Positions 20,601 through 28,300 of a stretch of DNA of 64,000 nt are shown in pieces. The stretch is taken from assembly GCA_900550145.1 (NCBI GenBank), contig URRF01000001.1:19886-83885 (forward strand), in the 5' to 3' direction. Every line of letters starts with the position of its first letter. Position 1 is the first letter of the stretch. Position numbers and translations under genes: made by a program. The DNA comes from an uncultured Mollicutes bacterium (GTDB taxonomy: Bacteria > Bacillota_I > Bacilli_A > RF39 > UBA660). The notes below the pieces were generated by a model that was not told the DNA's origin, did no database searches, and was given only the letters and a program-made list of their open reading frames with translations.

Positions 20601-23600
20601 TTGTTTATCACCATTAATATTAACTAATTTACCATTTTTATCTTCTTTCCAGCCCATATTAAAAAGAAGTTTTTTAAAATCTTCTTTAATATTAGCGCAA
20701 TAATTTTTAAAGAAAGTATCAATATAAGGTTTAACAGATTCATTAGCATTATCACAAATCTTTTTAGTAATTTGCACACCGGCTTTATTTTGAGCATCTT
20801 TCATGTGCTCTGGAACATCTTGTTGTTTATAAAGAAAACGATAATAATAATCTTCTATAGCATTTTCATTATTAGAAATAAGATCTTGTTCAAAATTAGG
20901 ATTAATATTTCCATCATTATCCCAAAATGTTAAAACGTTCTTTTTAGCAGCTTTACTTGTTTCATTAGTATTAACTTGCCCAATATCATATTTGTGCATG
21001 AAATTATAAAGCTCTTTAAGTTGAGTTCCTTCAAGAAGTTCAGGAATAAGAACAAATTCAGCATTTTTAATTTGACGAGGATAATGTACTCCAGTATAAC
21101 TATCATATTTATGGTCATAATAAAAATTCTTCTGTACTTGAATACGAGAATTAATTTTACTAATATCTATATCTTCAATTCTACGTTGACCACTTCTAAG
21201 TTCATAAAGTTGTTGAAATATATCTTCATATTCTTTAAAAGTGCCATCAGCATAACGTCTACGCATAAATTCTTCAATAGTAATAAAAGACTGTGCGTCA
21301 TTAGTTTTACTTGCTTCTCTATATCCATTAGCAATTTCAGCAGCTTTTTTAGTAGCAGCAACTTCACCAAGTTCATCTTTAAGATAATTAAATAATTCTT
21401 GTTGAATATTATTAGCTTGTTTACTTGGTCTTACAGTATTATTAATAGTAACAGCTCTAAAACCATTACGAGCATATTTTCCAGCAGAATGAATTATTGC
21501 ATAACCCTCTACGGGGGAATAAGCATTAGCGTATTTATCTATTGTAGTATTGCCAAATTTAATTTCTTGTTTAGAACCATTATATCCAATAGTTTCTTTA
21601 ATTTTAGCACTAAGAGTATCATTAATATCAAATCCAGCATAGGCTGTTCCACCAGCTTGTACTTCTTTAGCACGTTTAAGAAAATCTTTAGCGTCTTTAT
21701 AAAATTTAACATCACCTTCAAGAAAATCATCTAATTGCATATAAGCATTAGCAGCATTAAGAGCAAAATCAACTAAATCTTCATTACTTTTTTGTAGTTC
21801 TTGAAGAATATTTTGATATTGTTTACCATGAGCTACAATCTCTTTATTAAAAGATTTAATCCATTGTTCAACAATATTATCTATAATACTTTTTACTTCT
21901 TGAGTTTCATTAAAAACAATTTTACCATTTTCAATTCTAATAAGAGGACTATTAACATTTAAAGTAGCAGTATTTCCTTTAACTTGAATAAGTCCTCCGG
22001 CTTCGCCTACGGACGTTCCCCCGTAGAGAAGTAATGCACGTTCAAGCTCTTCACCTGCTTTATAATCCTCTGTATTAAATAGTTTTTGAAAGCTAAAGAA
22101 ATTTCCACTTAGTTTACCAGCTTTAGGGTTAAGTTTAGTCTTTTCTTTATCAAGCCATTTACCTTCAACAAGAATACATTCTCTACCTTTATCGTCATAA
22201 GTAGTTTTATTAAAATGTACTCTTTCAATTAATCCATTAGTGTCTTTACGAAGAACCCAATTACCTTTACTATCATTATCAAATAAATAAGTTAATTGAT
22301 TAATAAACATATTAAGTTCTCCTAAAACATTTTGTCTAAATCCAGCAAATATAGGAGTAGCTCGATTAATACGAACATCTATAGAACCATTTTCAATACC
22401 TTCTTGTTTAATAATATCTGCTATATCGGCATAAAAATCATCACTAAGTTTATTATCGTTAACTGAAGAAATACCCTCTATTTCTATATTATATAAAATA
22501 TTATTTATTTCACCTTCAATTTTATCTCCTTTAATCCAAACAATATCGGGACTATCTTTAGTTTTATAAATTATAGGAATAGAAATAGTACCATCTTCAT
22601 TTTCAATATAATAATATTTATTAAAATTAAGAGTAGATAATTCTCCTTTAATAGCATAATAAATATCTTTAGCAGACCAAATATTATTTTTATTAGTAGC
22701 AGCTTTATCTTTAACTTCTAAATATTTATCATAATTTTCATCTGTATTTTCTAAAGTATAATTATCTATTTCATTACGTCTTTTATTAGCGTATTTAGCG
22801 ATATCTGTAGCTAAAGCTGTAATTGTATTTTTAGCATCAAGTTTAGGTGCTTGGATAATAAAATTTTTAGGAGCGTCAGAAGGAGTACGGAAAAAATATC
22901 CAGCTTGAGAAGCATTTAAACTTGCTTTAGAAGCACCAATATTTTGTCCAGCAATAATAGGATTAAAGTAAGCAATCATAGAAGTAGCAAAATAATCTCC
23001 TTTGGACATTTTAGCATATAAAGCCGCTTTATCACTTTGCATATCTTTAATACCATTAAATAAACTTATTTGAATAAGTTTTTGAGCATTAGGATTAATA
23101 GAGACATTATCTCTATCATCTCTCATAAATAATCCTTCTTGAATATATTTACCATTAGCTCCTTTAATTCCCCAAAAGAAACTATTATATTTATATTGTT
23201 CTCCTTTATTAATTTCTTCTAATAGATTTCTTAGACCAGCTTGAGCATCTTTTTTATTAGCATAATTAATTTGTTTGAGAAGATTAGTAATATAACTATT
23301 ATTAATTACATCAGAAGATAAATTACCTTCAGCGTTAACACTATTTAATTCATTACGAACAGCAGAATAGTTAACAAGTTTTTGACATATATTAACTATT
23401 GGTTCATTAAGTCTATCGTAATTAATATTAGAAGAATCAAATAAAGGAACATCTTTAGTATATTTTTGACCAATTTCTTCAGAATATCTTACAGCTTCAT
23501 TATAAGCTTTTCTTTCATTATTATATTTATTATATGATTCATTATATTCTATAACAGTAGTTTCAACTTTTTGTAAAAGATCTGCTATATTATTTAATAG

Positions 23601-25229
23601 TCCAATCATATTAGACCTAACAGAATTACTCCCATTATAAATAAATCCAAGTATTTCATTACGAGTTACTTTAGGATAATATTTTTTAAGTACTTCATAA
23701 ATAGTTTCTTCTATTAACTTATTTAATTCTTTAGGAGTAACATCGTCATCTTTAAGTCTTACAGCAACAAGTCTATCAGAACCTTTATCTAAACGGGCAA
23801 CTAATTCTTTAACACGATTAATATCATTTTCTGTATATAAATCTCTCATAGTACTACGAGTTGTATTTAACATATTATAAATCATATAACTCATAGCGTC
23901 TAAAGATTTATTAGATTGCTCAAAAGTAATACCTGATTCAGTAATAATAGACATTGTTTTAATAATCTTAGGATTACTTAATTGACAAAATATTCTATTA
24001 GCAAATACAGGATCATTAATACAATCATCGGCAATTTTAATTAATCCGTAATCTTCAGCAATATCTGTTGCCATTCTTACAATACTATCTATAAAATCAT
24101 TAACAGAATTAAAATTACCTCTTGTGTATAATTCTCTAATAATAAAATTAGCACCCATAGTAGTTTTAAGACCAATTTCATTATTAGTATCATAATTATA
24201 AACTTTTGTACCAACTTCTGATGGAGAATCTAATTTATAAATAGTATTAAAATATAATTTTAAATCAGCAGCAATAGGTTTTTCAAAACTTGCCCAAAGT
24301 TTATCTTCCCAAGATTTAGTAGTTTCATCAACACTTTCAGCTCCTGGATTAGTATAATCTTCATCATCAGTAAAATTTTCATTAGTAAGTTTATCACTTT
24401 CTAATACATTTTCAAATTCACCAACAATATTAACAAGTTTACTACTTTCAAATGCTTTTGTAAACCAAAAATTAGGATTACGCTTAATTTGTTCAATATA
24501 ATTATTACGATTCTTTTGTGTTATGTCACCAAATTTATTAATTAAATTATATGCCTTATTATATTGTTGTCTTCTTGCTTCAGTATATTCTTTATATACT
24601 TCATCAAGTTTCTTTTTATTATTTTCTACATCATTATCATTCTTAATAAGTTGTTTTAATTCATTAATTTTCTTATTAATAGATATAGCTTTATTATATG
24701 CTTCTCTAAATTCTTTAATAGTATTATCTTCTGTTTCTTTATTTTGATTATAAACTTTTAAAGCAATATTATTAATATAATCTTTTTCAAGAACGTCAAT
24801 AGCTTTTTGAATTATTTTAACTCTATTAAGTTTAACATTATTATATTTACTTGCTTTACGCTCTTGCTCATAAAGAAGAGAAATAATAGTAGCAGTATCA
24901 TTAATAGCGATATTACGAGCTTTAACACTACTAAATCCCATTAATAAATCAGCTTGACGTTTAGCAGCAGCTGTTGTAACATCTTGATGTTTAAGTTCAT
25001 AATATTCTTTTAAAATTCGTCTAACAGTATTTTGTTTATTTTCTAAAATAGACTTAGTAGAATCAAATTTTTCATCTTTTTTACAAAACTCTAAAAAATC
25101 ATCACTTTGAATATATCCAGCAAGCACTTTAGCTTTCTGTTTAATACCGTCAGAACAATACTCTACGGTTTTCTTAAGGGTGTCATTAACATCTCCTTTA
25201 ATAACATAACCAAATTCAAAACATTCCAT
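11610..25229 (-). CDS. giant virion protein (4539 aa) containing a crAss-type RNA polymerase DxDxD motif
   Basis: Uninterrupted 13.6-kb ORF. DFDVD at aa 1748-1752 (nt 19974-19988) sits in the context QTGSDFDVDSVYG, like the metal-binding DxDxD loop of the two-barrel virion RNAP described for crAss-like phages (phi14:2 gp66 type). A hydrophobic segment lies near the C-terminus (LYGILSALLLGVTIYAM). Carries three GC-rich motif copies. Confidence 0.75.
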   Translation of the reverse strand: MECFEFGYVIKGDVNDTLKKTVEYCSDGIKQKAKVLAGYIQSDDFLEFCKKDEKFDSTKSILENKQNTVRRILKEYYELKHQDVTTAAAKRQADLLMGFSSVKARNIAINDTATIISLLYEQERKASKYNNVKLNRVKIIQKAIDVLEKDYINNIALKVYNQNKETEDNTIKEFREAYNKAISINKKINELKQLIKNDNDVENNKKKLDEVYKEYTEARRQQYNKAYNLINKFGDITQKNRNNYIEQIKRNPNFWFTKAFESSKLVNIVGEFENVLESDKLTNENFTDDEDYTNPGAESVDETTKSWEDKLWASFEKPIAADLKLYFNTIYKLDSPSEVGTKVYNYDTNNEIGLKTTMGANFIIRELYTRGNFNSVNDFIDSIVRMATDIAEDYGLIKIADDCINDPVFANRIFCQLSNPKIIKTMSIITESGITFEQSNKSLDAMSYMIYNMLNTTRSTMRDLYTENDINRVKELVARLDKGSDRLVAVRLKDDDVTPKELNKLIEETIYEVLKKYYPKVTRNEILGFIYNGSNSVRSNMIGLLNNIADLLQKVETTVIEYNESYNKYNNERKAYNEAVRYSEEIGQKYTKDVPLFDSSNINYDRLNEPIVNICQKLVNYSAVRNELNSVNAEGNLSSDVINNSYITNLLKQINYANKKDAQAGLRNLLEEINKGEQYKYNSFFWGIKGANGKYIQEGLFMRDDRDNVSINPNAQKLIQISLFNGIKDMQSDKAALYAKMSKGDYFATSMIAYFNPIIAGQNIGASKASLNASQAGYFFRTPSDAPKNFIIQAPKLDAKNTITALATDIAKYANKRRNEIDNYTLENTDENYDKYLEVKDKAATNKNNIWSAKDIYYAIKGELSTLNFNKYYYIENEDGTISIPIIYKTKDSPDIVWIKGDKIEGEINNILYNIEIEGISSVNDNKLSDDFYADIADIIKQEGIENGSIDVRINRATPIFAGFRQNVLGELNMFINQLTYLFDNDSKGNWVLRKDTNGLIERVHFNKTTYDDKGRECILVEGKWLDKEKTKLNPKAGKLSGNFFSFQKLFNTEDYKAGEELERALLLYGGTSVGEAGGLIQVKGNTATLNVNSPLIRIENGKIVFNETQEVKSIIDNIVEQWIKSFNKEIVAHGKQYQNILQELQKSNEDLVDFALNAANAYMQLDDFLEGDVKFYKDAKDFLKRAKEVQAGGTAYAGFDINDTLSAKIKETIGYNGSKQEIKFGNTTIDKYANAYSPVEGYAIIHSAGKYARNGFRAVTINNTVRPSKQANNIQQELFNYLKDELGEVAATKKAAEIANGYREASKTNDAQSFITIEEFMRRRYADGTFKEYEDIFQQLYELRSGQRRIEDIDISKINSRIQVQKNFYYDHKYDSYTGVHYPRQIKNAEFVLIPELLEGTQLKELYNFMHKYDIGQVNTNETSKAAKKNVLTFWDNDGNINPNFEQDLISNNENAIEDYYYRFLYKQQDVPEHMKDAQNKAGVQITKKICDNANESVKPYIDTFFKNYCANIKEDFKKLLFNMGWKEDKNGKLVNINGDKQTLDFTDFYKKARIEAQRLGMDSNFIEYLTPDEFGNPAMPNYMNNVSSKLESIAQAIFNSSITRQKFPGWHAAQVTQVGHGMKVLDNNGKLRELKYHPKVIVNKETGVKIEETEYDKLSDEDKNKYEVKQEAYAEVMIPRWSNLIPNTPEALEMIQKEGLDIQLAYRIPTEGKQSVSIVKVVGFLDDVYGSTIMLPDEWVAQTGSDFDVDSVYGVCHSLKVVKDKNGNIKRIKKYSADDFKTDYAKYKYYIEDNINNKISSDIEDDFHEDKYKVLQKRLRDVVKKLRTEKDNRDSLYKELTNIGKEAGLLTFNEFSKLDEVDKLPRVVRNNNILDAMIAIMADSNSREENYSRSNFDRLSSAMKEMDKARGADSVSRSVYNPFDQMDFMENAMGGASLKAFSVTRDTFNSVNNYAKGYLGKGHEIIAEYDLTEKDANGKFIYDAEMIVKAYGLYNETTKKGDVILLDKDGKKTNEIDKAATARVKHYRLANSYNNRNVVGELITVYSSQTTAHILDAIKEGSIFNENEFTFGTFKTLIDTGMDYRTAIAFLMQPAITTINEVNNESNSLYLTGGGNTVQKAVKRIAAKAGFKLGATDITDYSNYESVLLALNSNEQFRNAYKELFGAEISTQKPIQEQQFTLNAKVLKSRLESSKITNISELSQKDNDIKNAVFDIAICLAFDKINKTTKNLEKVLRCCNPDNFGAKQTIRETRTIVDNVIAYGFTDNEVGNTVMCGGKRLIEKLYPEFIKIEKNEVSDLDELVRGDIDIENSVYPFLAAFFKYATLTSVDVNKQLFPTENDVYNAVLNAVQVKLGVVFTPKQYREYKQYMMNMIYSQVPMLNTPLTVTKEGWLNDNNEAIVKSTENDTNYWNAEISRIFGFETTQKINFDIKDIFNPTEEELSKFNTLTPAQKISWIQTHIDGDLGIFNYLNVNLNNQFELKRKGFTHQSIKFTDSAENIDDIYIEFGTSFFNKSPIFRLAIADLIKYAFVVDGFKFKRGAVDKIITNNSLYKNIEDMGTGIVPAIREIFGYYTNPASAVTNEFIDKFIRSHKEYCKSIKLGKPENNKGISNTAFQFNICNKGNGLIFIPFDGRFKTLLNEINVENTKSPQDYIVVNRSTGDNKISTLYKIDKHESGVYLIPMNLLEPNETGDYSVNPNNNKYGDISFYNTVIAEAESIGAKEYFIDKDNKVKLKDKYKEHIIPRYKFNLENNAIDNVNEFQNVSVNGTEIQKAELNKLFKDVETYIQSPVEEKGDYGVVRSNSFYISEQVGKTDIITQNIPTENGNILVTIRRYSPSPAFKSNLHKDLINNVSSNNTENVQKVRIEERDAYRSALASKTESHKYYKIEHITEESVREEFEKQQQENRDNFNDEAYAITTDITDDYIDNANRITEVDETSVAMIAALRRAEKRGDDIAAKALRKLDIKGINSYRSKDIKDNRRNIYHILSDYISSYADMIDKQMKYYVIGDKEYNIGESDLYEVLRSNPDEVSNIVKLLLEAITFGDTFGNIMSLPIDGMDEDTKRYIQKIRDSINKIRNSSIIKQGFDNMFNKYIANEFANNPNIRMNVVNLKDTFGDSGWWETNIGDIAMLSNKQVQVIVKIVNRIMNQAAMQDAPRKKNEFLKRFDNILDKSGSFRWENIINSNGQLIRPYTAKFLTDRDKLVDAVKDALDRYGIDSKEYIAAKLKRDEWYADNVEQHVVREYYIKKNALIREIFETAPEEYRQYMEYIHEKFIDDQPNSALTTQERNRRREIDKKINQLTSEYKDTETLKSPEERERAIKLKNFIKAKSALDKEYFDYNDTDEFKENLEKNLAIIKHYEKNNPTQTLDKRLENIEYRSAYEWIKNNSYYVINKEAKDKINEAFSILKDEDNLNSAKIKKIIDDANAYDEFGNIDARKLSDKDIATIKVLTKHKYDFSYDSNAGEAILIKDIPNNLPIFDDSFYRMLRDPSENEKEVNPRRIKIIGRINELLGKTITAVEFGGDGRIHAKDIFTKLTEEEREELANLYNALRNIKGKRKPKEIRQKFKQEVEFKTNNTAFNTELSWALSNLKGTKDFDTFINIFCQLDNSGEIILDDNGNYTPNNDIYGYIEPKNDKYINKKKTAARELIENNVDFIPNEYYYAAMNEASNNGDFKEWFDVNHVYNPYKHKFEPLRVWTEMKVNPEGSLKGTYSYVPTNENAEKQVKDEYVNKKYKKYSNNYNRDNGHYNNYVTLSPKEKEMQSLLQETMDFFAEHNKHNTFVEQGYIPRRRKVVTDTKWVVNQLLGVTGLEFRNDSEDRWNAKVDYANDYEVENDMLKLLKGKGYQELEEIRPKGIGEKDENYRKYLQDTKKKNEEIKKHNLEIDKQLFDKDYRSVFAEAISNQVVINARNKAKNWLYLLQEDLKNTEAVKISKFTGRPVINKRTSVDIQDNYHTISQDNTLKQVYGFTRRLIFEQFKEKSKLNKYADLARNITSAKYMIFNVTGGISNIGTGFANIMGEAFAGDNLSKNDIREAIGMYMNNSLRMIGDMYKDKSDNFAVALTKYFKVVDFDAMTERVRGETAGEYARRMRNLMYSLQSGGEHFMQNTVLFAVLKSNKIFDDVDGVKRCGSFSEYIWKLEYDTMVSIISKDKDLLEELKEFKRIIKQDKTEQFKYDTFKHNIIEDFLRAHASKEIIQEYIHAKNQAIKKAKEEWKTKPAIIDLLELKNGEIVPKAGAEITPDMINDIKNKTVNLNKKIHGVYDKLGAALIEFTWWGSLVMQYHKHLYPGVMKRFRRRGYYNEQTNTIEVGSYVAFVDFLSKEFRNVVSDAKKQGDGYVGIAVASVQNTFKAVINTITNIKTNWNLMSPWERNAVKRCLGDLYGILSALLLGVTIYAMTDDDDEKESNVVATGLYLADRLLSESQMYTPWGLYSEGKTLWSSPIAAYNGPSDLIKIMDYTARWLFDEDFDPVYSTGIYKGRNKIDVLVKRNIPLYRVIERLNNMTKNNSYYRINEKALNMKISKYIADQINPD
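16845..16860 (+). repeat. GC-rich motif copy (CTCTACGGGGGATTGA)
   Basis: Exact 10-mer, inside the 4539-aa gene. Sense (minus) reading IQSPVEE. Confidence 0.9.
21507..21518 (+). repeat. GC-rich motif copy (CTCTACGGGGGA)
   Basis: Exact 10-mer, inside the 4539-aa gene. Sense reading YSPVEG. Confidence 0.9.
22017..22028 (-). repeat. GC-rich motif copy (TCCCCCGTAGAG) with a GC-rich flank
   Basis: Exact 10-mer, inside the 4539-aa gene. Sense reading LLLYGGTSVGEAGG. The adjacent CTACGG (22007-22012) can pair with CCGTAG (22021-22026). Confidence 0.9.
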
Positions 25230-25250
25230 AACATTAAGTTTAATAATATT

Positions 25251-25303
25251 AATAAATAAAAACCGTCAATTATGATAGCTGTTTTTAGCTTCATAATTGA
25301 CGG
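25251..25303 (-). terminator. strong hairpin/terminator between the 2178-aa and 4539-aa genes, enclosing AGCT motif copy M4
   Basis: Perfect 13-bp stem CCGTCAATTATGA (25263-25275) / TCATAATTGACGG (25291-25303). The loop is TAGCTGTTTTTAGCT. On the minus strand it is followed by TTTTTATTTATT. Confidence 0.65.
25277..25290. promoter_or_regulatory. AGCT-N6-AGCT mini-palindrome, copy M4 (AGCTGTTTTTAGCT)
   Basis: Read on the minus strand it is AGCTAAAAACAGCTATCATAAT, ending 48 nt upstream of the ATG at 25229. This parallels M6, which ends 42 nt upstream of the 1592-aa gene. Confidence 0.45.
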
Positions 25304-25324
25304 TAATATATAAGGCTTAACTAC

Positions 25325-28300
25325 TTATCTACATGCGTATTTAAGTTCGCCATTTCGCAGCATTTGAGCTATTAACGGCTTGTCCTGCTCCGAGTAGCTA
25401 TTGAGATAGTCTGCCATGTTATTAATTCGAGTAATATCCAGAGTTTCAGCAATGATATTACCGTCATTATTTTTAATAGCATTAATATTCTCTATATCAG
25501 AAGTAATTGACAATAGTTCATCAGAATTATCATTAATAGTGTTATAATCTTCATCTTCAACTATATCAGAATCATAACTATCTTCACCAAATTCATTATC
25601 TTCTTCGTTAATATCTTCTTCTATAATTTCAGATTCTTTAGTAATATCTTCACCAACATCTTTATCAGACAATACTTGATTATCTTTAATATCTTGTTTT
25701 ACATCATTTTCATTACTTATATTATTATCATTAATATTTAATATCTCATATTGACGAGCAAATATAGTATTGTTTTTAATACTATTATCTTTTATATTAA
25801 ATATTTTAAGTAATATATCAATAATCTTTTGAAAAATACTTTTCTTTTCATTATCTTCTGTAACAACAGCAACACCTTCTCCAGTATATTCAACTTGATT
25901 CAAATACTTAATAATACTACTTTGAGATAAACTTTCAACAAGCCATTCTTCAGCAAATACTCTACGTTGTTCATCTTCGGAAAGTTCAACATAACTATCT
26001 TTTTGTTTAGCTTTAATACGTTCAAAATAATCTTTAAAAGTAAAGCCATTATCTTCAATCCATTTCTTAATATTAACAGCTAAATTATAACGTTCGCTAT
26101 TTCTATCACCATAATCAATATCATGCTCAACAGCTTCAATGAATTTATTATAAGTTTCAAACAAATCGTCTATAATATTTTCTTTATCAAAAAGATTATG
26201 TTCATCGATATGTGCATGAAGTTGTTCATGAATAAGTAATCGAACTAATGTTGTAGGAGAAGAATTAGCTAAATTAGAACCAGCTTTAGTAAATATAACA
26301 GCTTTTTTATCTCTATTATATTTAGCGTTACCTGTTTTATCTTTTTTATCGTAATAATAAACGCCAGAAACAATAGGAATACCATAAACATTTTTACCAG
26401 TAAGTAAATCAATAGTTGATTTTGGAATAGCAGCTTTTTCAAGAAGACGTTCTGTAGAATTAGCTTTTTCAAGAGTAGCGGTTTGAATAGTATTAGCAAT
26501 TCCAATAATTGATTCTTCCTCTACGGGGGATTGAACTTGATCAGGTACAGCAAGAGTAGTAACATTAATATACATAGAAGTAGCTTTATCAACATCATTA
26601 AAGAAACCTCCATACTTATTAACTCCTTGATTTGTATTAAAAGCATTATTTTGAAGAACAAAATCTCCAAAATTATCATATACAATTTCGCTATTTCCAA
26701 GTTTAACTACAAATTTATTATCTTTTTTAAAGAAATAAGGATTATCTGTAGTATTACCATTACCGATATTATTAAGAGTAAAGAACGTTCTATTATAAAT
26801 AGTATTATTAGTTATTTCTGTAGCAATAATATTTATAAGTTTATCATTAACATTAATAAAACTTGTAGTTTTTGAATTATCACCTGCGGGATTATAAGTA
26901 ATCCCTGTACCCAATTCATTTGAATTACCAGCTTTAAACTTATGTATAATAACGTTAAATTTAGAAGTATTATGACCAATAGAAAGAATTATTTGATTAT
27001 TAGAACTAATAACATCATAACCGTAAAATATACTTGGGAATTTAGTATTAGCAGAATTAAACAATAAACCAAGTTTATCTCTAACTTCTTCAAAAGTATA
27101 TTTTTTATTTTGAAAACCAGTTAAAATATCAACAAGTTCTTTATGAAGATTTTCTTTAATTTTACCAGCAATTTTATTAGCACTTGTAAACATAGCTATA
27201 ATAGGCGTTTTGCCTCTACCTCCAATTAGGAAACCCATATTACCAGCAAGAAAAGGAGCAGTAATTTGTTGTTTCTCGCCTGTTAATTCATTAATAGCAA
27301 CTATACCATTTTTATCACTATCGATACCAATAATAGCATGTTGATCAGATTTAAAAGGTAATTCATTAACACCTTTTTCAGTATTTTCAATAATAACATC
27401 AGAAGTTTCTTTTACACCTTGATTTGTTCCTGTTTGCCCAGCATATTTAACAATAACTTTTTTGCCATTAGCAGTAAGAGTTCCAATTTTATGAGTATTT
27501 TTATAATTATTAAAAATATTTTCTTTCCATTGTTCATAACTATCTTTATATTCTTCAATAGTTTGAGCTAAAGGATTATAGAAAATAATATTTTTAAGAT
27601 TATAAATAATACGTTTAGCTTTATCTATATCGCTTATTAAAGCAGGATCAAGTTTAATTACTTCGTCTTTAATAGCTTTTTGAATAACTTCACTATTATA
27701 GATTCTTTCATATTCTTCTTTAGTTAAATCATATCCATAACCTAAATCATAAAGATTCTTCTTATGGAATAAATCCCATAATTCATTTTCATTATTAAAA
27801 ATAGCTTCAAATAACTCATCTGTATTAGCTTCAACTTGATTATTTATTTTACGAACGTGATAATTAATTCCACCTTTTGGGCCAAGTTTTATTCTATAAC
27901 CATTATTATCACTATCTGGAATAACATTAGAAATAAATCCAATTTCAATACCTTTACGCTTAATAGCAAAAGAAACAATTTCATGATTTCTGCTTTCTAT
28001 AGGAACAATTTCTAAATCATCTCCTACTTGTAAAGCATTAACAACTTGTTCATAATTAGGACTTCTATTAACACGAGAAGGAACAATGTGCATATAATTA
28101 TCAATAAATTCAACTCTTTTGCTTGCTTCATAAACGGCATTATAAAAATCTGTAGGATTATTAAGTAAAGTATTAAGACTACGCTTATGAGTAAATACAT
28201 AATTAGTATTATAAGAATTATTAATAAAATCTTTTATATTATATAATATATGATAAGCAGTTTGAACATCTAAATCTAACATTTGTTTATTAGCATCATC

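Noticed and set aside
26518-26540. The extended motif GTTCAATCCCCCGTAGAGG resembles the T-loop plus 3-prime acceptor strand of a tRNA, raising the idea of tRNA fragments or attP-like sites.
   Set aside because: No copy has a complementary 5-prime T-stem, a D-arm or anticodon arm, or a matching 5-prime acceptor strand. I could build no cloverleaf at 9960-10110 either, and no integrase is present. It is still worth a formal tRNA scan and a search against host tRNA genes.
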